In this document: one piece after another, positions 30,063 to 39,643 of the stretch
Layout: each line of letters begins with the position of its first letter
How positions within the stretch are numbered: position 1 is the stretch's first letter
NCBI GenBank assembly: GCA_016296655.1
Contig: JAEDIW010000009.1
Coordinates: 174 to 64,173, forward strand
Origin: Treponema sp.
GTDB lineage: Bacteria; Spirochaetota; Spirochaetia; Treponematales; Treponemataceae
Reading direction: 5' to 3'
DNA length: 64,000 nucleotides
The notes under the pieces: model-generated
Told to the model about the DNA's origin: nothing
Database searches by the model: none
What the model saw: the letters and a program-made list of their open reading frames with translations, nothing else
Made by a program: the position numbers and the translations under genes

Positions 30063-30198
30063 GAAAGTGCTGATTAACACTTGAAGCGATTACTCATCAC
30101 TTTCCGTCAAATTGCCATAAGTCATTGGCTTACGGACATTTAGCTACATTTCAAGGTTACCACTGAAAAATTCTCAACAGGATTTATTCAGTGTTTCC
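30063..30198. mobile_element. MITE family B, full copy (136 bp), TTAG direct repeats
   Basis: TTAG|GAAAGTGCTGATTAA...TTATTCAGTGTTTCC|TTAG; about a dozen differences from the reverse complement of 60706-60841 by eye. Confidence 0.88.
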
Positions 30199-30250
30199 TT
30201 AGTTAAAATTATCGGAAGTTTTTGGAATAAAGACAACACTTTTTTGTAAG

Positions 30251-30343
30251 GGAAAATGCGTTGCATCAAGGTATGCTGCCGCTTAAAGCCTTGACTTCGC
30301 CGTTTTTAAGTTTTGTATTAAACTTTAAATCAGCGAGTTTTCC
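30251..30343 (-). repeat. Dispersed repeat family A with imperfect GGAAAA terminal inverted repeats
   Basis: GGAAAATGCGTTG...CAGCGAGTTTTCC; core CCTTGACTTCGCCGTTTT shared with 55929-55946. Confidence 0.78.
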
Positions 30344-30465
30344 AAAAAAATACTATATTTTTTACATAAAGAAAATTCTGTGGTAAAATTATCATGGAAA
30401 ACTCTAAAAGCCGTCTGGGGAAATTGCCTTCGGCAGCCTCGATGCGCAAAGATTTTTAACGGAGT

Positions 30466-32220
30466 ATGTTTATGGCTGTTTTAATTGAAAGAAAACCTTG
30501 GCTTATGCTAGATGAATGGCGCGGAAAAATGTTTACGGATGAATGGCCGACATTACCGCAGTTGTTTTTTATTTCTGCAGAGCGCTTCCCAAACCGTCCG
30601 TGTTTTACAGATTTTGAAGGTGAAGGTGGAGCAAAAAATACTCTTACATATTCTCAGGCAGCTCAGAAAATCAGGCAGCTGGCCTGCTGGATGGTTGCCA
30701 ATGGAGTCAAAAAAGGTGATCACGTTGCAGTAACTGGCAAAAATTCTCCGCAATGGGCTATATCCTTTATTTCTGCAATGTATGCAGGTGCTATTGCTGT
30801 TCCTTTGGATTATGCGCTGCATGACAGTGAAGTGAAAAATTTGATGAGGGTAGCAAACCCCAAAATGATTTTTTCAGATGAAGAAAAGTATGACTTTTTC
30901 AGTGAGAATTTTTCAGATTCTATAATTTGCTCACTTAGTCCCAAATTTCAGGAAACCTATGTCTATAATCTTCTGGCAGAGCAGGCTGTACAGCTGCCTC
31001 AAGGTCAGCAGGATGACATTGCAGCCATTCTTTTTACATCCGGCACGACAGGCAATCCTAAAGGTGTTGTCCTGAGTCAGAAAAATCTTATAAGTGATGC
31101 TTTTATTGCACAGACAAACCTTTCAATTTTTGAAACAGATATTTTCTATGCACTGTTGCCTATTCATCATGGATATACAATGCAGGCTGCCTTTATCTGC
31201 CCGATTTCCGTCGGTGCAGAAATTGTTTTTGGTAAAAGTATGGCTGTTACTCGGCTGATGAAAGAACTGAAAGAAGGTGGCATTACAATAATGCTTGGTG
31301 TTCCTCTTCTATATAATAAACTTCTTTCAGGCATTCGGAAAGGAATCCGTGCAAAAGGTCCTGTAGTTTCGCTTATCATGAAATTTTTGATGAATCTTTC
31401 GTTTGTTTTGCGAAAAATTACCGGGCACAATTATGGAAAAGTACTTTTTAAAAGTGTCCTGCAGGCTGCCAACATTTATACTTTGCGGGTTGCAATCTGC
31501 GGAGGAGGACCTTTGGCAGACAGCGTTTTTAAGGCATACAATGCTGCAGGAATTGATTTTATACAGGGGTACGGTCTTACGGAAACCTCGCCCATTATTG
31601 CACTTAATCCTCTTGAGCATTTTAAAATTGAAAGTGTAGGCCGGGATTTCAGTCCTTATATGGAAATGAAAATTCTTAATCCAGATGAAAACGGTGTAGG
31701 CGAAGTTGCTGTAAAAGGGCCTATGGTTATGCAGGGTTATTACAATATGAGTGAAGAAACTGCTGCTGTATTCACGGAGGACGGATTTTTTAAGACTGGT
31801 GATTTAGGCTGGATTGACAGTGAACATTACCTCATGCTTTGCGGCAGGGCCAAAAATCTTATCGTTACGGATGGTGGAAAAAACGTATATCCTGAAGAAA
31901 TTGAAGACGCATTCCAGCTCTACGATGAAATTGAACAGATTACAGTGCAGGGGTACGTAACGGAAAAAGATACTAAGTCTGAAAAAATCGAAGCTCTTGT
32001 CTATCCTTCTGACGAACTTTTAAAACGCCTGAATGTTGTGCGCAATGAAAAATCTGGCGAAAAGCTTGTTCTTGATGCGGTTCAGGAATATGTTTCCAAG
32101 GTTAACAAAACTTTGCAGCCTTATGCAAGAATTTCCAAAGTAACAGTTCTGGAAGCACCTTTGGAAATGACAACAACCCGTAAGGTAAAGCGCAATTATA
32201 AAGGACAGCCCAAAGCTTAA
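30466..32220 (+). CDS. Long-chain fatty acid-CoA ligase (AMP-binding family)
   Basis: ILFTSGTTGNPKGV, QGYGLTETSP, FKTGDLG, GRAKNLI, GKNVYPEEIE; start may be ATG 30472. Confidence 0.93.
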   Translation: MFMAVLIERKPWLMLDEWRGKMFTDEWPTLPQLFFISAERFPNRPCFTDFEGEGGAKNTLTYSQAAQKIRQLACWMVANGVKKGDHVAVTGKNSPQWAISFISAMYAGAIAVPLDYALHDSEVKNLMRVANPKMIFSDEEKYDFFSENFSDSIICSLSPKFQETYVYNLLAEQAVQLPQGQQDDIAAILFTSGTTGNPKGVVLSQKNLISDAFIAQTNLSIFETDIFYALLPIHHGYTMQAAFICPISVGAEIVFGKSMAVTRLMKELKEGGITIMLGVPLLYNKLLSGIRKGIRAKGPVVSLIMKFLMNLSFVLRKITGHNYGKVLFKSVLQAANIYTLRVAICGGGPLADSVFKAYNAAGIDFIQGYGLTETSPIIALNPLEHFKIESVGRDFSPYMEMKILNPDENGVGEVAVKGPMVMQGYYNMSEETAAVFTEDGFFKTGDLGWIDSEHYLMLCGRAKNLIVTDGGKNVYPEEIEDAFQLYDEIEQITVQGYVTEKDTKSEKIEALVYPSDELLKRLNVVRNEKSGEKLVLDAVQEYVSKVNKTLQPYARISKVTVLEAPLEMTTTRKVKRNYKGQPKA

Positions 32221-32310
32221 AATCTTAGGTCTATATGTTCGCCTCTTCTGCTGGGTTACTGGTTTTGCCACGACGAAGAAGTGGTGGCAATAATTTCCTG
32301 TTGTAAAAAA

Positions 32311-32362
32311 AATGTTAAGATTGCCAATCTCAGTTGAATTATAGGCTGGCAATCTTAGCATT
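32311..32362. terminator. Long palindrome between convergent genes (bidirectional terminator)
   Basis: AATGTTAAGATTGCCA...TGGCAATCTTAGCATT. Confidence 0.7.
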
Positions 32363-33348
32363 TATCGGGTTTGCTGCATTTTTTTTGATTTCAGGCAGCA
32401 TGCGATGCCAAGCATTGTTCCTCCAACAATCATAAGGAAACACAAAATTTGGCCTGTAGAAATATTTAAAAGTGATGTATTCATGTATAGCGGTGCATCG
32501 GCTGTCTGCGCTATGCGGTAGCCAATATCTGCATCAGGTTCCCGAAAATATTCAATGAAAAACCTGAAAATTCCATATCCTGTGATGTATATGGATGTAA
32601 GGAAGCCATCGAAAGGCTTTTTTTTGCGTAAAAACCAGATTATAAGCCACAGAACGAGTCCTTCAAAAAATGCTTCGTACAGCTGGCTTGGATGGCGCGG
32701 CAAATTTACGAGGTTTGGAAGGTTTGCTATATCCATTGAGCATTTTGCAATAAATTCTGAAACCCACGGCAGAGATTTTGAAAATTTTTCAGCTCCTGGA
32801 AAAATTATGCCCCACGGTGCTGTCGTAATTCTGCCGTAAAGTTCTGCATTACAAAAATTTCCCACCCTGCCGAATGTGTAGCCTAGCGGAAGGGCACAGG
32901 CCATGGCATCTATCCATTTGAAAAGAGGTTTTTTATTTTTTGCACACCATACGGCCATTCCTATAAATCCACCGATAAAACCACCGTGATAGGACATTCC
33001 TGCAAGCCCAGAAAATTGTCCGTTTTCATTAAAGGGCCAGAAAATAAGCCATGGTTTCTGCCAGTAAATTCCAGAGGTGTCATAAACTAATGCGGAAAAA
33101 ATTCTTGCACCTAGCAGCAGAAAAACGATTCCTGTTGCAATGAAATTAAAAATATCATCTTCTTTGCAGGTAAAGTTTTCTGTGTTTAACATGCCTTCAT
33201 GCATAACTTTTTTTAAAAGCCAGAATGCTGTTGAAAAAGCTACTATGTACATTAAACTGTACCATCGGATGATTCCCAGAACTGGAAGCCCTGGGAAAAT
33301 TTCAGGATGGAGCCATGAAGGGTAGGCTATTGAAAGATACATGTACAT
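32362..33348 (-). CDS. lgt: Prolipoprotein diacylglyceryl transferase
   Basis: IRWYSLMY, GMSYHGG, GRVGNFCNAELYGR, RHPSQLYE, RFFIEYFREPD. Confidence 0.97.
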   Translation of the reverse strand: MYMYLSIAYPSWLHPEIFPGLPVLGIIRWYSLMYIVAFSTAFWLLKKVMHEGMLNTENFTCKEDDIFNFIATGIVFLLLGARIFSALVYDTSGIYWQKPWLIFWPFNENGQFSGLAGMSYHGGFIGGFIGMAVWCAKNKKPLFKWIDAMACALPLGYTFGRVGNFCNAELYGRITTAPWGIIFPGAEKFSKSLPWVSEFIAKCSMDIANLPNLVNLPRHPSQLYEAFFEGLVLWLIIWFLRKKKPFDGFLTSIYITGYGIFRFFIEYFREPDADIGYRIAQTADAPLYMNTSLLNISTGQILCFLMIVGGTMLGIACCLKSKKMQQTR

Positions 33349-33349
33349 T

Positions 33350-34501
33350 TCAGACCTTGAATCCTTGGTTTGCAGCTTTTACAAGTTTTGATTTCAGCAG
33401 GAGATTTTCTTTTTTCACTTGAGTAAGCTCATACTGTATTGTTTTTATCATTTCAGTAAGCTCACCAGTTGAAAAAGTTCCGCTGCCAATTAAATCCTGA
33501 AGGCTTGCCATTTTCAGTGCGTAATCTTCTTCTGCTTCTTCAGCAATTACATCAAAGGATGCCGCTGCATCGGCTTCGATATCATCGGTTATGCCTAAAT
33601 CATAATTTTGATTTTCAGTTGCAATAACTTTTTCTGCAATGCGGTAGATGCCCTGAGAAATTATGCTTTTAGGTTTGTATATTATGACTGGAAGTCTTGA
33701 AGCAAGCGCCTTGTCCTGGTAGGCATCCCTGTACATTACTCCCATGTACTCAACGTTTAGCCCCAGGTACTGATTGCATGAGCGCCTGATTTTTAGAGCC
33801 TTGTCTGTGTCCTTGGGATCGTCAATCATGTTCAGAATGAGCCGAGGACAGAATTTCTGAAGCCTTTCTTTCAGAGTTTTTGTTGTTTCCGGGCTTATTT
33901 TTTCAAGTTCTTCAATGAGCTTTGGAATGTAAAGCCTCTGCATTGAATGGGATGTTTTTTTAAGGTTTTTGAGCCAGTTTTTGCCTTTTGGGTCATCCTT
34001 GAAAGTTGTACTTATCAGTTTAAATACCGCATTCTTCAGAAAAAGATAGGCGTTGAGAGTTGATGTTACTGTTGGCGCAGAAACTATGATTCCCTGCGAA
34101 GACAAAAGGAACATTTCCAGAATGATTGAATGTGTGCCGGCGCCTAAATCGAGAATAACATAATCAGCATCAATCGACTGAAGTTTGCTTATGAGCTTTT
34201 TTTTACGGTCAGCGGTCAAGGCGGAAAGTCCAGGAATTTCACTGTCTCCAGCTATAAAATCTACATTTTCGTAGTCCGTAATTGTAACGATGTCTTCAAA
34301 ATCTGTATTGTCTGCAATCCACGTTCCTATACCGGATTTTGGAGAACTTTGACCTAGAACCAGATGTAAGTTTGAAGCACCTAAATCAAGGTCTACAAGA
34401 ACAACTTTTTTGCCTGCCTGACCGAGTGCTATGGCTAAATTTGCTGACAAAAGGCTTTTTCCAACACCACCTTTGCCGCTTGCAACAGGAATTATTTGCA
34501 T
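33350..34501 (-). CDS. MinD/FlhG(FleN)-like P-loop ATPase with C-terminal coiled coil
   Basis: Deviant Walker A SGKGGVGKS, VDLDLGASNL, ILDLGAG. Confidence 0.9.
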   Translation of the reverse strand: MQIIPVASGKGGVGKSLLSANLAIALGQAGKKVVLVDLDLGASNLHLVLGQSSPKSGIGTWIADNTDFEDIVTITDYENVDFIAGDSEIPGLSALTADRKKKLISKLQSIDADYVILDLGAGTHSIILEMFLLSSQGIIVSAPTVTSTLNAYLFLKNAVFKLISTTFKDDPKGKNWLKNLKKTSHSMQRLYIPKLIEELEKISPETTKTLKERLQKFCPRLILNMIDDPKDTDKALKIRRSCNQYLGLNVEYMGVMYRDAYQDKALASRLPVIIYKPKSIISQGIYRIAEKVIATENQNYDLGITDDIEADAAASFDVIAEEAEEDYALKMASLQDLIGSGTFSTGELTEMIKTIQYELTQVKKENLLLKSKLVKAANQGFKV

Positions 34502-34564
34502 GACAAAAGTATATCATATCATGGCTTGCCTTGACAAATCCTTAACGGAAATTAAAATGATTTT
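34502..34564. promoter_or_regulatory. Back-to-back sigma70 promoters sharing one -35 region
   Basis: Plus: TTGACA(34531)-16-TAAAAT-6-ATG. Minus: TTGTCA-18-TATACT-6-ATG, with extended -10 TG. Confidence 0.7.
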
Positions 34565-36115
34565 ATGAATAAAAAATATTTGCGCTGTCTGATAAGTTTT
34601 TTATGTGTGTTATTTTGTTTTTCGGTTATGTGCTTTGCCCAGGGAGCAAAGCCAGTTTCGGAAACAAAAGTTGAAGAGACTGAAGTTCGTTCGAAATCAA
34701 AAGAAAATTCAGTAAAATCGTATATAAATACCATTTATTCTGTAATGGATTTTACAAAAGAGTTTTATGTTGATGCCATTGACCCGAAAATCCTTTATGA
34801 AGGAGCCATGAAGGGCATGATGGAGGCATTGAACGATGCTCATTCCATGTATCTTGATTCTACTGAATTTATAAGCCTGAAAGAAACTACCAGCGGAAGT
34901 TTTGGTGGTGTAGGGCTGACCATTACAAAAAATCCTGTAAATACACCTGAAAAGCCAGCTTATGTTGAAGTTATGTCTGTGCTTGAAAATATGCCTGGTT
35001 CAAAAGCTGGGGTTCAGGCTGGCGACTTTATAATTGAAATTGATGGCGTTGCTACTGCTGAACTTACGATGAATGAGGCTTTGTACAAACTTCGTGGCAC
35101 TGTAGGAACTCCTGTTGAAGTTACTTTTCTGCGCGGAAAAGATTTTAAGTTCAAGCGGAATTTGATAAGAGCAAAAATTGAACTTCCTACTATAAAATCT
35201 GCCATGATAGATTCTGTCGGATACATAAGAATTTTTGAATTTACTCCGGATACAGCAAAACGATTTCAGGAAGCTTTGGACGGATTTAAGAAAAATAATT
35301 TTTCTTCGCTTATAGTCGATCTTCGTAATAATCCGGGTGGACTTTTGACTGCAGCTGTTGATGTTGCTGACAAGTTTATTGATTCAGGTGTCATTGTTTC
35401 TACAAAAGGCCGCAACTCTGTAAAAATTGACGAGCACAAGGCCAGCAAGATAAAAACTTCTGTACCCAAAGAAATGCCGGTTGTAGTAATTATAAATAAA
35501 GGTTCTGCCAGTGCTTCTGAAATTCTTGCAGGAGCCTTGAAGGACAATCGCCTTGCTTACATTGTCGGTCAGAATTCTTTTGGAAAAGGCTCTGTCCAGC
35601 AGATGATTCCATTGAGCGAAACTGACGGATTTAAGGTTACAGTTGCCCGCTACTATTCTCCTTCGGATTCAAATATTGACAAAGTTGGAATTCCGCCTGA
35701 CAGGGAAATAAAATCTGAAATCTATTCTCCTGAACAGGAAAAAGCCTATGAAAAGCTTCTTGAAGATAATGCCATTGAAAAATATGTAGGAGCGCATCCT
35801 GGTATGGACGAAGCTGACATTGCCTCGGCTGCTGTTGAGCTGTCTGAAAAATATCCGCTTGATTTGCGGACTATGCGCCGGTTTATTCGTGTAGAAGTAA
35901 GGCATCAGAATCATGATGATTCGGAAGTTTATGATTTGGATTATGACATTCAGCTGAAAGCGGCCCTTGAAATTGTTCGTAATGAAGATTTTTACCAGCT
36001 TATGCAGACGACAAAAGACTTAAAACAGCTCGAACTTGAACGCCTGTCAGAAAGTCAGGAAAAAGTTCTTTCTCAGGCTGAGAATGTAGGTTCATCCGTG
36101 GCAGGCGAAAGATAA
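34565..36115 (+). CDS. ctpA: Carboxy-terminal processing protease (S41A, PDZ)
   Basis: FGGVG, DLRNNPGGLL, SASASEILAGAL, SFGKGSVQ. Confidence 0.93.
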   Translation: MNKKYLRCLISFLCVLFCFSVMCFAQGAKPVSETKVEETEVRSKSKENSVKSYINTIYSVMDFTKEFYVDAIDPKILYEGAMKGMMEALNDAHSMYLDSTEFISLKETTSGSFGGVGLTITKNPVNTPEKPAYVEVMSVLENMPGSKAGVQAGDFIIEIDGVATAELTMNEALYKLRGTVGTPVEVTFLRGKDFKFKRNLIRAKIELPTIKSAMIDSVGYIRIFEFTPDTAKRFQEALDGFKKNNFSSLIVDLRNNPGGLLTAAVDVADKFIDSGVIVSTKGRNSVKIDEHKASKIKTSVPKEMPVVVIINKGSASASEILAGALKDNRLAYIVGQNSFGKGSVQQMIPLSETDGFKVTVARYYSPSDSNIDKVGIPPDREIKSEIYSPEQEKAYEKLLEDNAIEKYVGAHPGMDEADIASAAVELSEKYPLDLRTMRRFIRVEVRHQNHDDSEVYDLDYDIQLKAALEIVRNEDFYQLMQTTKDLKQLELERLSESQEKVLSQAENVGSSVAGER

Positions 36116-36116
36116 A

Positions 36117-36911
36117 ATGCGTCAGTTTATAGCTGAAAATTTTCCTGATGCACGGGGAATTCTTTGTCTGTCAGGCAAGGCTTACAGATATTTTCGTCAG
36201 GTTCTGCGGGTAAAAAACGGTGATATGGTAGCTGTAAGAATGCCTGACGGTACTTTGCAGAACATGACTGTTTGCCAGATTGATGAAGTTTCCAGGGGGC
36301 TTGAACTTCAAGTTTGCGATGGAAAAGGTTCTATAACGCGTGGAACCCAGGCATCTGAAGTGTTGAAACCTGCATTTGAACTCTGGCTTTTTCAGTTTAT
36401 TGCAAAGCCGCCTAAAATGGACGTAATTATCCGGCAGGCAGTTGAATGTGGGGTTTCAAAAATCATTCCTGTTGCAGGGGATTATACTCAAAAAGAAAAT
36501 GCCTCATTTTCTAATGCAAGAAAAGACAGAATTGAGCGGATAATAAGGGAAGCCAGACAGCAGAGCGGTTCTCCTGTAAATACAGTTTGCCATGATGTAC
36601 TTGATTTAAATCAGGCTATGGATTTGTGGAATGAAAACCCAACAGAAGAATGTCTTGCTGTAGCCTTATATGAACGGACTGACGGTACAAGGGAGTTGAA
36701 TTCTCTTGCAAGTAGTGGTAAAAAAATAAAAAAAGTGGCTATTGCTGTTGGCTGTGAAGGTGGAATCAGTCCGAACGAAATTGATGTTTTAAAAAAGAAT
36801 GGATTTTTGCCAGTCCATTTTGAAACTAATATTTTGCGTTGCGAAACAGCAGCATTGTATGGAATTGCAGTTATGCAGTCGCTTGTATTAAGGAAAAACG
36901 AATGTCAGTAA
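36117..36911 (+). CDS. rsmE: 16S rRNA m3U1498 methyltransferase
   Basis: QVLRVK.GD, AVECGV, EARQQS, VGCEGG, ILRCETA. Confidence 0.93.
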   Translation: MRQFIAENFPDARGILCLSGKAYRYFRQVLRVKNGDMVAVRMPDGTLQNMTVCQIDEVSRGLELQVCDGKGSITRGTQASEVLKPAFELWLFQFIAKPPKMDVIIRQAVECGVSKIIPVAGDYTQKENASFSNARKDRIERIIREARQQSGSPVNTVCHDVLDLNQAMDLWNENPTEECLAVALYERTDGTRELNSLASSGKKIKKVAIAVGCEGGISPNEIDVLKKNGFLPVHFETNILRCETAALYGIAVMQSLVLRKNECQ

Positions 36912-37693
36912 AAAGAATTGAAATCATTGGCGTGCCGGTAGATGTTTGCCCTATTGAAGATCTTGAGGGGGAAATCCTTGAACTTTTGGCAAAACCTGGA
37001 ACAAAGCAGATTATTTTTCTGTCTGTTTGGGATTTGCTGAAAGGCCGTCGTCGTACTGATTTTGCAGAATGTCTGAAAAATGCTGATTTAATTTTGCCTG
37101 TTTCAAAAAGCATTTTGAATGCTGCGAAATTTTTGAAACTTCCGATGCCTGTCCGATACAATCAGTTTCATGCAATGATAAATTTTATTTCAATTCTTGA
37201 AAATCATTTTAAATCGCTTTATCTGCTTGGAGGATACAAAAAACAGCTTCAGGTTGCTGAAAAAAATGTCCGTTCAACTTTCCCAAATCTGCAGATTGTG
37301 GGGCGTTATGTCGGTAATTATCCTGAAAAAGTTGAATCAGATGTTGTTCAGGCAATTTACAAGGCTTCTCCGTCTTTGGTTTTGGTTTCCAATGGTATAA
37401 AAGAAAAAAATCTCTGGTCTTTTCACCGCAGAAATCTGTTTTCTTCTAGCATTTTTTTGTATTACAAAGATTCAATCGGAATTCTTTCAGAAAGGGTGAA
37501 AAGGGTTAATGACAGCATTTTTGATAAGGGGCTTGAAGTTTTTTCTGAAGTGTTGCATAACCCGCTGAAAATTTTTCTTATTTTTCCTTTTATACATTTT
37601 TTACTTCTTGTTCTAGTTTCCAGGATTAAAAATAAATCCCGAAAAACTGATACAGTTCGGGATAACTCTGAAAATAAAGAAAATCAGGAGTAA
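36902..37693 (+). CDS. WecB/TagA/CpsF family glycosyltransferase-like protein
   Basis: IEIIGVPVD, ADLILP, LYLLGG, FPNLQIVG. Confidence 0.75.
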   Translation: MSVKRIEIIGVPVDVCPIEDLEGEILELLAKPGTKQIIFLSVWDLLKGRRRTDFAECLKNADLILPVSKSILNAAKFLKLPMPVRYNQFHAMINFISILENHFKSLYLLGGYKKQLQVAEKNVRSTFPNLQIVGRYVGNYPEKVESDVVQAIYKASPSLVLVSNGIKEKNLWSFHRRNLFSSSIFLYYKDSIGILSERVKRVNDSIFDKGLEVFSEVLHNPLKIFLIFPFIHFLLLVLVSRIKNKSRKTDTVRDNSENKENQE

Positions 37694-37697
37694 AGAA

Positions 37698-38837
37698 ATG
37701 TTTTCTCCTATTCCAGTTCCTTGCGGAATAAATGTGTATACGGACAGGGCAGAAATTATAAATTTTTTTAACCAGCAGTTGAAAAATAGGGTAACTATTA
37801 ATTTTTCCCAAAGTTTGCAGCTGTCGGAATTGGAAATACAAAAAAACTGTCGGAATTCAATTTATATTGATCCTAAAGTTTTTGCTTCAGAATCTCTTAA
37901 AAGAGAATTTTTTAGTCGTAGTGATTTGCCAGAAAATGTACATTTTGTCATGCTGCATGAAGACGTGCTGAATTTTCTGCTGAAAACAGGATTGTCTGAA
38001 AACAGTGTAATTTCTATTCCATGTGATTATGATGTTTTTACACTTCAGGACAAGAAACCGTTTGAAGTAAAAACGGAAACCTGTTCCAATGTTTTAGAAT
38101 CTGAAAAGTCTTTGCTTTCTGAAATAACCGGAAGGTCAGATTTTACAAGCCAGCTGAAAACTCAGTTGTTGCTTGCCGCTAAATCTGAACTTCCGGTTTT
38201 GTTTTTAGGTGAAAGTGGTACTGGAAAATCTTATGCGGCTTCTTTCATCCATAAACTTTCAAAGAGAAAAAACGGAGCATTTAATGTGCTGGATATGGGC
38301 ACTTTGACAGACAGCCTTGCCGATACCCAGCTTTTTGGTTCTGTAAAAGGAGCATTTACAGGGGCTGTAAATAGTGACGGGCTTTTGTCATTATCAAATG
38401 GCGGAACTCTTTTTTTAGATGAAATTGCAAATGCAAGCCTTTCGATTCAGGCAAAACTTCTGCGGTTTTTGGAAACCGGAAAATTCCGGGCTGTAGGTGA
38501 AACAAAAGAAAAACGTGTTGATTCCCGCTTGATTTTTGCAACGAATGAAAATCTCTGTTCAATGATAAAAAAGAAAGAATTTCGTGCTGATTTGTATAAC
38601 CGTATTAATATTTTTACGATAAACCTTGTGCCTCTTAGGGAACGGACAGAAGACATAGAGCCGATAGCACGGCATTTTTTGAAAAAGCAGGCATTTTCCA
38701 TTACAGAATCTGCATTGAGTTTGCTGGAGTCTTATTCATGGCCTGGAAATATCCGCCAGTTGAAAAACTGCCTGCTTAAAGCAATGATTTTCAGTCAGAA
38801 TAACTGCATTCAGGTGAAAGACATCAGTTTTTGTTGA
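37698..38837 (+). CDS. Sigma-54-interacting AAA+ activator (bEBP) with no C-terminal HTH
   Basis: GESGTGKS, GAFTGA, TLFLDEI, QAKLLRFLE, FRADLYNRI, WPGNIRQL. Confidence 0.9.
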   Translation: MFSPIPVPCGINVYTDRAEIINFFNQQLKNRVTINFSQSLQLSELEIQKNCRNSIYIDPKVFASESLKREFFSRSDLPENVHFVMLHEDVLNFLLKTGLSENSVISIPCDYDVFTLQDKKPFEVKTETCSNVLESEKSLLSEITGRSDFTSQLKTQLLLAAKSELPVLFLGESGTGKSYAASFIHKLSKRKNGAFNVLDMGTLTDSLADTQLFGSVKGAFTGAVNSDGLLSLSNGGTLFLDEIANASLSIQAKLLRFLETGKFRAVGETKEKRVDSRLIFATNENLCSMIKKKEFRADLYNRINIFTINLVPLRERTEDIEPIARHFLKKQAFSITESALSLLESYSWPGNIRQLKNCLLKAMIFSQNNCIQVKDISFC

Positions 38838-39597
38838 ATTTGTCAGCAGCCAGACTGTCATTCACTCTTTTTTTTGTTGCAAGACCTGCAGCTTTTGTAA
38901 AGATTTTTTCAATATATTGGGCTTCGCTTTCTGAAATTGCGGAACGGGACAGAAGGTTTCTCCAGAAATTTTCCATGTCTGGTCGTCCTGTTATGCTGAA
39001 AAATCCTATTTTTTGCAGGTTGTCGGCGATTGTTTCTACAGTTGAGTTTATTCTGGAAAGAGGCAGAGGTGTGTAGCCATGTTCGTTTTTATTTTTTTCC
39101 CTGAAAATATGATAGCAGAGTATCTGTACGGCATGGGAAAGATTAAGTGATGCAAATTCATTGCTTGACGGAATTGTAACACCAACCGTACATTCTGAAA
39201 GTTCCTGATCGGTAAGACCTGTGCGTTCATTCCCAAAAACTATGGCAACATTACCGCCGTTTTTGTCAGAATTGCCTGTAATTTCTGCTGCTTTTGCAGC
39301 AAATTCTTCTGGAAAAAAAAGTTTGCCTTTACGCTTTTTTCCTCGTCGCCTGGTTGTTCCTGCAGAAAGCGTGCAGTCGGCAGTTGCATCTTTTACTGAA
39401 TCAAAAAATTCTGCTGATTCCCATAGATTTACAGCATGAATAGCAAGAATCCTGACTTTTTCGTCGCTATAATCTTCTCTTTTCCCGACAATTCGCAGAT
39501 GCCTGATGTTATTGTTTGCCATTGCCCTGCATGCAGCCCCAATGTTGCGGCTTTCTTCCGGGTGCGATAAAACTATGAAAACTTTGTCTAAATTCAT
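38824..39597 (-). CDS. trmJ: SPOUT RNA methyltransferase, TrmJ/LasT family
   Basis: NIGAACRAMAN, VFGNERTGLT, SLNLSHAVQI. Confidence 0.88.
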   Translation of the reverse strand: MNLDKVFIVLSHPEESRNIGAACRAMANNNIRHLRIVGKREDYSDEKVRILAIHAVNLWESAEFFDSVKDATADCTLSAGTTRRRGKKRKGKLFFPEEFAAKAAEITGNSDKNGGNVAIVFGNERTGLTDQELSECTVGVTIPSSNEFASLNLSHAVQILCYHIFREKNKNEHGYTPLPLSRINSTVETIADNLQKIGFFSITGRPDMENFWRNLLSRSAISESEAQYIEKIFTKAAGLATKKRVNDSLAADKFNKN

Positions 39598-39643
39598 GGC
39601 TCAAGTATACATTTTTTATGGCTCTTGCGCTATAATTTTCTGT

